Source: Candidatus Heimdallarchaeota archaeon B3_Heim
Lineage (GTDB): Archaea > Asgardarchaeota > Heimdallarchaeia > Hodarchaeales > Hodarchaeaceae
NCBI GenBank assembly: GCA_003144275.1
Contig: NJBF01000052.1
Location: 1 to 18,667 of the forward strand
Reading direction: 5' to 3'
DNA: 18,667 nt
The notes beneath the pieces are model-generated. The model made no database searches, was not told the DNA's origin, and saw nothing but the letters and a program-made list of their open reading frames with translations. Each line of letters starts with the position of its first letter. Positions within the stretch are counted from its first letter, which is position 1. Shown piece after piece: positions 1 to 7,600 of this stretch. The position numbers and the translations under genes are program-made.

Positions 1-131
1 TCAAGCGACTCGATTTCTAGTGAAATTTCATTATAAGTTAGTCTGTACTGCCCGTTGGTTTTGTCGGTGGTTACGGAAGGAAATCTTGCCCCAGGTTACT
101 TTTCACGGGGGTGATACGTGAAGACTGTAAC

Positions 132-139
132 TTTATATA
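132..139 (+). promoter_or_regulatory. Candidate archaeal TATA box for the surface-protein gene
   Basis: TTTATATA matches the archaeal TATA consensus TTTAWATA and lies ~100 nt upstream of the probable ATG at 237. The BRE match is weak. Confidence 0.3.
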
Positions 140-236
140 ACAATCGTTGTATACAAATATATTTTCACTTGAAAGAGCTTTACAACTTTCTCTCTTGGAT
201 GATTTTCCAAAATACGAGAAGAGGAGAGCTAAGAGT

Positions 237-3200
237 ATGATGAATCTAAAAAGAGATTACTTAGGTATTTTAATTGCGATTATTCTTTGTATGGGGATAC
301 TAATCCCATTTAATCCGCTAGTTATCGGAACTGACCATCCAACGCTATCGACTGATTCTTCCCAAATTTCTAATGCAGGAGAACCATCTCAACAAACCTC
401 AAACGAGGTCTCTAGTATTGAATCAACCACTGTAGATTTTTCTTGGTTACGTTGGTACTTAGAATACGATAATGACTCAGATGGTGCAATCGATACAATT
501 GAGATATTCTATGAATTCTCCGACTTCACAACGTCTGAATGGGTAGATTTTGAGATTGAGATTCAAATCCTCTTTTGGAACCAAGAGTGGCAATATATCG
601 ATTCTAACTGGGAATGGTTCACGGAATATGTGGAACCATCTAAAACTTATATATGGTCTTACATGTGGAGAGCGTGGTATGATGGCAATTACAGCTTTTC
701 TATCAATGTTTATGATTATTCTATTGGCCAACTAGCTATTGAGGACATAGTAAATTGGAATGATGCCTCAAAGTTCGCATATCTCAATGACTGGGAAAGG
801 TGGATTGAGGAATATGACGAGGATGGCGATAGCTTAAATGATACTATAGAAATCTGGTACTCCTTAAATTTCAGTTTTTCTGACTGGGTAAACATACAAA
901 TTAGGATTGAAATTTTTTATTGGAATGGGTATTGGGAACATATTGACACTGATGGGGAATACTTTGGGGAAGATGTGACCGCAGGAGAAGTATATAACGT
1001 TTCTTACAAGTGGAGAGCCTGGTACAATGGCAATTATAACTTTTCGATCAGAATTCAGAGTTATTCTACAAATAACCCTTTTCTTGAAGAATGGGTCGCT
1101 TGGAGTGATGCATCCTCTTTTTCGTTTTTCTCTCAATATAACAGAACAGTTGATAAGTACGATGAAGATGGTGATATGTGGGAGGATACAATTTCGATAG
1201 AATATTCCATCAATTTCAGTTTTACTGATTGGGCAGGTTTAGAAATTTGGATAGACATCTACTTTTGGAACGGGTATTGGGAACATATTGACACTGAATG
1301 GGAGTATTTTTGGGAAGATGTAACTTCAGGGGAAGTATATAATATATCATTCCAGTGGACTGCGTGGTACGATGGTGATTACAACTTTTCGATTAGAATT
1401 CGTGACGAATATTCTGGCATACCATTAATCGAGGAATGGGTTGCTTGGAATAATGCACGTGCTTTCACTCTCCTAGACTCTTGGGATGGTTGGTTTGAGG
1501 ACTACGATGAGGACGGGGATGGATGCAAAGATACTATCGAATTGGGGTATAACTTCAAATTCAGGTATACAGGCCAAGTGGAGGTGAGCATTCATGTTGA
1601 AATCAGATATTGGAATGCTGAATATGGATATTGGGATTGGAGTGACAGTATTTATGAGTGGCTCGACATGGAAGTCACTGCAGGTGACCTCCATACGTGG
1701 TCGATGAAGTGGTACGCCAGGGACAGTGGGATGTACGAATTTTCTGTTCATATTCAAGAGGAAAGACTTGACATCCCTATTATAAATGAAGTGTACGAGT
1801 GGACTGCTAGCTGTGCTTATAATCCCGTTAAAGAATGGGGCAGTTGGTACGAGAAATCCGATAAAGACGGGGATGGTTACGATGACACCGTTGAGATTGG
1901 ATTTGATATGTTATTCACAGTTACAGGTGAGTTAACTTTGTATCTTAGAGCAGAGATCCGCTATTGGGATGAAAACTCTCAAGATTGGAATTATATTGAT
2001 AACTATTATGATGAATTCGTAGGAGACATAATAGTAGATAAGTGGTACTATTGTTCGTTCGAGTGGTCAGCCTGGCAAGCTGGAGATTATGAATTCTTTA
2101 TCACGATAACTGGAGAAAATGGTGGAACCTATATTGAGGACACCATTGAGTGGGACAGCGTCAATGCTTTTGAATTACTTGATAGCTGGAACAGTTGGTA
2201 CACGGAATATGATGAAGATAATGATGGCTGTATGGATACCATCGAAATAGGGTACGACTTCAGATTCACTGTTAGCGGATGGGTAGACCTGGACCTTTCA
2301 GCAGAGATCAATTATTGGGATGAAGAAAGCGGATATTGGGAATGGGTTAATTATGTCAACGATCGATTCTATGAAGAGGTAACTGCAGGAGAATGGTATA
2401 CATTCTCTTTCCGCTGGTCAGCAAGCGATAACGGAGATTTCGAATTTCAAATATTCATCAGGGGCTCTAATACTTATAGAAATTTTATCGAGGAAACGAT
2501 CGTATGGCAGGATGCATGCAAATTTATGCTCATTAAAGACTGGAATATCTGGTACAATGAGTACGATGAGGATACCGATGGGTTGTATGATACAATTGAA
2601 ATCGGGCTTGATTTGACCTTCAGTAAATCTGGTCCTACGTTCTTGATCGGTTTACTGAGGATCCAGTATTGGAATGAGCAGGATCAATATTGGCAAGAGA
2701 TTGATATCTATATGTATGAGTTCTTTGATGAAGATGTCACTGTAGATGTTTGGTATACTATGTCATTCACTTGGTCAGCATTGTACAGCGGAAATTACAA
2801 TATTTCCTTCGCACTAGCATATTTGAGTGGGGCTACTACAAATATTCAAATCGAAGAATGGGTGGCATGGACCGATGTCTCCGCCTATCAAGGATTAGAG
2901 TTCGAATGGAATCGGATCCACGAAGAATATTATGAGAAACGACCTGATTCCATTACACTTGGTTACAATTTCTTATTCAGTGAATCTGGCTTTGTGGACT
3001 TCGATATTCGTATTACTGTCTTATACGCTGATCAAACAGCCATGACCTTTAATTTAGAAAGCATTACATGGGATTCTTTCACTACAGATGTCATGCAGGA
3101 TATTTGGTATGAATGGAGCATTAATTGGGATTTAGTGGATAGTGACGACTATATGGTGTATTTCTTTATCACAATATTTGATGGACGTGCAAGATTAATC

Positions 3201-3416
3201 GATGATTTAGTCGGATTATATTTGGATGAATATGCTCAAGATCTACACAAGCTCCTTCCTGTTGAGTCATCTAGTACAACAACGACGAAAGAGAAACCCT
3301 CTTCAACGACGACGACAACAACACAAACTATTACCCCAGGATGGACAGTCACTGTTGCATTAACTATGCTACTAGTAATCATACCCCTCAGACGACTCAA
3401 AAGAAGAATTGGGTGA
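237..3416 (+). CDS. Large secreted, membrane-anchored cell-surface protein with 8 tandem ~115-122 aa Trp/acid-rich beta-type repeats carrying DxDxDxxxD Ca-binding loops; Thr-rich linker and TPGW-TM-basic C-terminal sorting signal
   Basis: The ORF track starts at TTG 147. The likely start is ATG 237 (or 240), which has GAGGAG at 221-226 upstream and is followed by a signal-peptide-like segment (KRDYLGILIAIILCMGILIP). D-motifs start at 468, 816, 1161, 1506, 1860, 2211 and 2565, with a degenerate 8th repeat near 2931. The protein ends SSTTTTTTQTITPGWTVTVALTMLLVIIPLRRLKRRIG. Confidence 0.9.
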   Translation: MMNLKRDYLGILIAIILCMGILIPFNPLVIGTDHPTLSTDSSQISNAGEPSQQTSNEVSSIESTTVDFSWLRWYLEYDNDSDGAIDTIEIFYEFSDFTTSEWVDFEIEIQILFWNQEWQYIDSNWEWFTEYVEPSKTYIWSYMWRAWYDGNYSFSINVYDYSIGQLAIEDIVNWNDASKFAYLNDWERWIEEYDEDGDSLNDTIEIWYSLNFSFSDWVNIQIRIEIFYWNGYWEHIDTDGEYFGEDVTAGEVYNVSYKWRAWYNGNYNFSIRIQSYSTNNPFLEEWVAWSDASSFSFFSQYNRTVDKYDEDGDMWEDTISIEYSINFSFTDWAGLEIWIDIYFWNGYWEHIDTEWEYFWEDVTSGEVYNISFQWTAWYDGDYNFSIRIRDEYSGIPLIEEWVAWNNARAFTLLDSWDGWFEDYDEDGDGCKDTIELGYNFKFRYTGQVEVSIHVEIRYWNAEYGYWDWSDSIYEWLDMEVTAGDLHTWSMKWYARDSGMYEFSVHIQEERLDIPIINEVYEWTASCAYNPVKEWGSWYEKSDKDGDGYDDTVEIGFDMLFTVTGELTLYLRAEIRYWDENSQDWNYIDNYYDEFVGDIIVDKWYYCSFEWSAWQAGDYEFFITITGENGGTYIEDTIEWDSVNAFELLDSWNSWYTEYDEDNDGCMDTIEIGYDFRFTVSGWVDLDLSAEINYWDEESGYWEWVNYVNDRFYEEVTAGEWYTFSFRWSASDNGDFEFQIFIRGSNTYRNFIEETIVWQDACKFMLIKDWNIWYNEYDEDTDGLYDTIEIGLDLTFSKSGPTFLIGLLRIQYWNEQDQYWQEIDIYMYEFFDEDVTVDVWYTMSFTWSALYSGNYNISFALAYLSGATTNIQIEEWVAWTDVSAYQGLEFEWNRIHEEYYEKRPDSITLGYNFLFSESGFVDFDIRITVLYADQTAMTFNLESITWDSFTTDVMQDIWYEWSINWDLVDSDDYMVYFFITIFDGRARLIDDLVGLYLDEYAQDLHKLLPVESSSTTTTKEKPSSTTTTTTQTITPGWTVTVALTMLLVIIPLRRLKRRIG
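435..3260 (+). repeat. Intragenic tandem repeat array (8 units, 345-366 nt period)
   Basis: Spacings between equivalent D codons are 348, 345, 345, 354, 351, 354 and 366 nt. Shared consensus: W..W...YDEDxDGxxDTIEIxY.F.F...V...I.I.YW...W...D...E.F.E.VT.G..Y..S..W.A...G.Y.F.I.I......IEE...W. An identical 26-nt block GGGTATTGGGAACATATTGACACTGA occurs at 927-952 and 1272-1297. Confidence 0.92.
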
Positions 3417-3430
3417 GAAAACTACTTCAA

Positions 3431-3468
3431 TTCCTTCTTTCTTTTTCCTTAAAAGGAAAAAAGGAAAG
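3431..3468. terminator. Bidirectional pyrimidine-tract terminator between convergent genes
   Basis: The + strand has TTCCTTCTTTCTTTTTCCTT (3431-3450). The - strand reads CTTTCCTTTTTTCCTTTT (3468-3451). The two tracts form an imperfect inverted repeat (TTTTTCC 3442-3448 / GGAAAAA 3455-3461). Confidence 0.6.
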
Positions 3469-3492
3469 TCAAGTTTTTAAAACATAAGCTCA

Positions 3493-4389
3493 CTACATGT
3501 TAGAGTTGATCCACTGTTGTAATTCCACAGGGGAATATTGTAAGAGATTACGAAAAAATTGATAGACTTTGGGATGAGTATGATGTGTGAGATGTAATTG
3601 TTCGAGCGGTACTTTCACCTTTCTAGCAAGAATTTGGAAGAAGTACTGCTCCTCTCTAAGCATCTGCTCTCGGATAGAGGTCATGATTGCCCTACTAATC
3701 ATCTTGGCCTCAGAATGAAATAAAGGGTCCGATTCGTTCCATCCTTGTTCTCGTGTATATTCAGTAAAAATAAGAGGTTTGCAGATGGAAATAGAAATGA
3801 AAGACTTTATTTTTGGAAGAATTTTTCCAAAAGAAAGCGCCTCGTGAGAACCATGAATATACATTGGTATTACAGGAATTTTGCCATTAAATCGCAATAT
3901 TAACCTTCCCACTCCTGATTTGGCTTGGTTATTTATATTATGATAATCATCTAAGGGAGTACTCGGTATTCGTTTCCCTTGAGGAGCGATAAGAACTGCT
4001 AAATTTTCATTCAGGAGCTTCAGAGTATAATCGAGAGCAGGAGCAGGGTTCTGGGGATAAACGGGATATGCCCCCAGATACTTGAGCAGGTAAAAGAATT
4101 TATTTTGTTCCATCACATTTCCATCAGTCATTAAACCACAGGCAGTCCTGTTACCAAAAGGATAAACTAATGCGCTAGCGAAAATAAACGTATCCAAATG
4201 TGATCGATGATTGAAACAGTAAATTACAGGGGTTCCCTCAGGAAATTGATCTAAGTGTTCAAGTTGGTTGGCTTCAAATCGAAAATAGAGCCGCAAAAAT
4301 CTGGGTACGACTAATTTGGCCAATTGGTAAAACATTCGACGTGGAAAAGACCAAGAACCTAGTGTATTGTCGGGGGGACGAAGACTCAT
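3493..4389 (-). CDS. plsC: Lysophospholipid / 1-acyl-sn-glycerol-3-phosphate acyltransferase family protein (PlsC-like, PF01553)
   Basis: Catalytic NHRSHLD (HxxxxD) at 4192-4212, motif III variant APQGKR at 3970-3987, KSGVGRL, and IPVIPMYIHGS. ATG 4389 has GAGGT upstream; the ORF track begins one codon earlier at TTG 4392. The gene symbol denotes the family, not proven specificity. Confidence 0.85.
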   Translation of the reverse strand: MSLRPPDNTLGSWSFPRRMFYQLAKLVVPRFLRLYFRFEANQLEHLDQFPEGTPVIYCFNHRSHLDTFIFASALVYPFGNRTACGLMTDGNVMEQNKFFYLLKYLGAYPVYPQNPAPALDYTLKLLNENLAVLIAPQGKRIPSTPLDDYHNINNQAKSGVGRLILRFNGKIPVIPMYIHGSHEALSFGKILPKIKSFISISICKPLIFTEYTREQGWNESDPLFHSEAKMISRAIMTSIREQMLREEQYFFQILARKVKVPLEQLHLTHHTHPKVYQFFRNLLQYSPVELQQWINSNM

Positions 4390-4689
4390 CAAGATTACCT
4401 CGTTTGGAGAGAGAAATATTGGAGATTGATCAGTTTTCTAATAGATATCCTGCGCTTTGCTTGCCTGAATTAAGAAAAACAGGATATTGAACGAATAAAT
4501 TATTCTTAATCTTGATTTATATCATGATATAGAATTCTTGCAGGAACGATATTATCTATGGTTTATTCCCTATCAAAAATTGGATATGCAATATTGATAA
4601 TATCCACTCTCCTCTTTTTCTCATCTCCCAATTGCCGCGAAAATTAACTATTTAACTCGAATTTTTCTAATACAAACTAAATAAATAAA

Positions 4690-7600
4690 ATGGAACGGTT
4701 CGAGGTGAAACGTAAAATCGCGAGGAATGGCTTATCTCTTATAGCTATTCTGCCAATTCTAATTTTGAGTACTTTAATTAGCACACAGTCCTCCATACCC
4801 GAAATTCAAGCGACTAAGGCAAATGGGGAAATGAAAAATCCCGATAAATTCATTTGGGAAACATTAGGAATTCCAAACGGCATTGATTCCTTAGATCCAG
4901 GCATCAACTATGAAACCACTGGGAGTACAGTTATTGAGTTGATATATGAAACCTTAGTCGGATATAAGGGGAATTCAGTTGAAGAGCTTGAAGGCAGACT
5001 AGCCACGGGATGGACAGTCTCCCCAAATGGACGAGTTTATACCTTTAACCTTCGTAAGAATGTTTTATTCCACGATGGTGTTGTTTTTAACGCGTATGTG
5101 ATGAAATATTCTATTGATCGAGCCATTCTTATGAACGATCCATGGGGACCCTCTTGGATGATAGCTCAAGTCATCAAAGGAGGATCGACTTATATGCAAT
5201 ATTTCAACCCTAATTATACTGAAGCGCAAGCTTATCTTGATGCTGGCGGAGTTGTTGTGGTAGATGATTATATCTTAGAAATCAACCTTGATTCTGCATA
5301 TTCACCGTTTATTAATTCCCTAGCATTCGATGTAGGAAGCGCTGTTTCCCCAAAAGCTGTCATAGAGAATAAACCAAACGAATATACTTTGTTTTATGCG
5401 GATAAAGTCTTTGGTATGTTTCCTCTTGATAGTTGGTTTCCAACCCTATCGGATTATACCAAATTGGGACTGAATACTGATCATAATCCAAAAGATTCTG
5501 GTGTAGTCCCTGGATCACATCGCTTGAGCGATTCCTATCATTTATGGATGAAAGAACACGCGATTGGATCTGGAGCATATAAATTGAAGTCAATAACTAA
5601 GGATTCTATCCTCCTCCAGAAAAATGAAAATTGGTGGGGATCATTTAGTTTGCACTCAGTCGAGGAGATTGAAATTAGATCTGAATTAGACGATGAAACC
5701 CGTTATCAAAATCTAATCAATGGAGATTCTGATATGGTATGTGTAGAAAAACCTGATGTTTTTAAAGTCATGACTCCGGCAGGTGAGCCACTTTATGAAG
5801 GAATAACTACATTTACCGCTCCAACATCAACCACTTTCTTCCTAGGTATGAATATGAAGGAATCTTTACCTTCACTATTTCTGAATGAATCAGAAAATTC
5901 TTTGTACGATGCTAGTCGCCTGTCACGATTCTACAAAGGTGAAGAAAAGGCGAGTCAAGAAAATCCTTTTACTTCGGTTATCTTCCGTAAAGCCATGGCT
6001 AGTGCATTTGATTACTCGTTTTATATCGATAATGTTCTAAACGGAATTGGCAAACAGATGGAAGGGATGATCCCCGAGGGAATTCTTGGTCATAATGATA
6101 ACCTGAAAGAAAATGATCTTCTTCCCTCTTACGATTTAGAAACAGCCAGAACACTATTTGAGCAGGTTGGATGGCAAGGAACTATCAAATTAGTGTATCC
6201 TGTTACGGACGAAGTACTTTCCTATTTATACTTATCCTTAGCTAATTCCTTAGTGATGTGCGATGTTGGAATAAAGGCAATTCTCCAACCCATGGACCAG
6301 GACCAGTATGATGAAGTCACTTGGAGTCAGAAAATTCCTCTCTATTATTGTGGATGGGCTGCAGATTATGCAGATCCAGACAATTTTGTAGCTCCATTTC
6401 TGCATGGACAATATGGTGTTTTTGCATCTTTACTTTCATATGAAAATCCATCTTTGAACACTCTGATAGAAACTGCAGCAATTGAACAAGATATTGATGT
6501 TCGTCGAGAAATGTACCATAATATTGAGGAAGTAGCCGCAAATGATTCCCTGTATATATATCTCAATCAAAATTTGAGATTATTTGTATTCCGTGATTGG
6601 ATACAGAACTATAATGAGAGTGGTTCCTTAAATCCGATGAGCTTTGCTCCAAACTTTCAACATATTGATAAAATGTACGCTTTTTATGATCGAGACATCG
6701 ATGGTATGCCTGATATTTGGGAATTTGAAATGGGGCTCAATGTGCATGATCCAAGTGACGCAAAAATCGACTTAGATGGTGATTGGGTTCTCAATGTAGA
6801 CGAATACAGAGGTGGGTCAAATCCTCGTAATTTTTGGAGTTTTCCAATAATCAGTTTTAGTATTTTTCATGTAGGATTGACTTTTATTATTGCGAGTATA
6901 GCCCTTGCAGCATTTATAGTTAAACTAAGGAACGAAACTGAAAAAAGAAATTTTATCACGAGATTGAAAGCACCAGATTATCCTACAGCAGTAAAAATTC
7001 AAAAATTAGGTTTTACTGATTACATTGCATTAGTACAAACCGAAACAGATGCAAAGTCGTTAATAGAAAAGGCTAATGCACTTTATCTTCAATGTGAATT
7101 CTTGAAATCCATCCAGCAGTATGAAGCCGCTCTGGATGTATTTGAGCTTTCAGAGAACGATAGAATGGTTGCAGAAACATCGTTTAGAATGGTTCTTCTC
7201 CAAAAAGAAACACAAATTCTATCCCCAGAAAGTCACATTCTTCAGCGCTTTCCAGAACCCCCATATAAAAATCCAGCCATTTTTGCTTTTCATCACATGA
7301 TTCAAGCCCTTCTTGCTGAAACAGAGAAAAATTGGGGATCAGCAGAAAAAGAATGGGAAGCAGCGTTAAATAGTAAGGATTTAGAAGTAGAATTTCATGT
7401 AATCTGTCAGGGGGCTCTTGTTGCATCTGAATTTAAAACCTGGTTGAGCAATCCTTCGCCCATAACTAAGAAGAAATTGCTTACAATGCTGAATAATTGG
7501 CAAGATGATTGTGAAAACAACCAATATTTCGCTCAACTGTGTCAAGTATATCTGTTGAGAGCAAGAATTGACCTTGCATCCTTCCAGTTTGATCAAGTGG

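Noticed and set aside
147-236. N-terminal 30-codon extension of the surface protein from TTG 147
   Set aside because: It lies before the signal peptide, and ATG 237 has a GAGGAG SD. The extension is probably 5' UTR or promoter.
118-240. 40-codon GTG uORF whose TGA overlaps the ATG at 237 (ATGA)
   Set aside because: It spans the putative TATA box, the SD spacing is too short, and the peptide is not recognisable. Probably chance.
477-2935. Short alternative-frame and antisense ORFs within the surface-protein gene (for example 477-731, 864-1136, 1473-1757)
   Set aside because: These are shadows of the repetitive sense gene, with no motifs.
435-3260. Repeats as a CRISPR array or DGR target/template
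   Set aside because: The units are about 350 nt, in-frame and diverged at all positions. The R2/R3 differences are not restricted to adenines, and there are no cas or reverse transcriptase genes.
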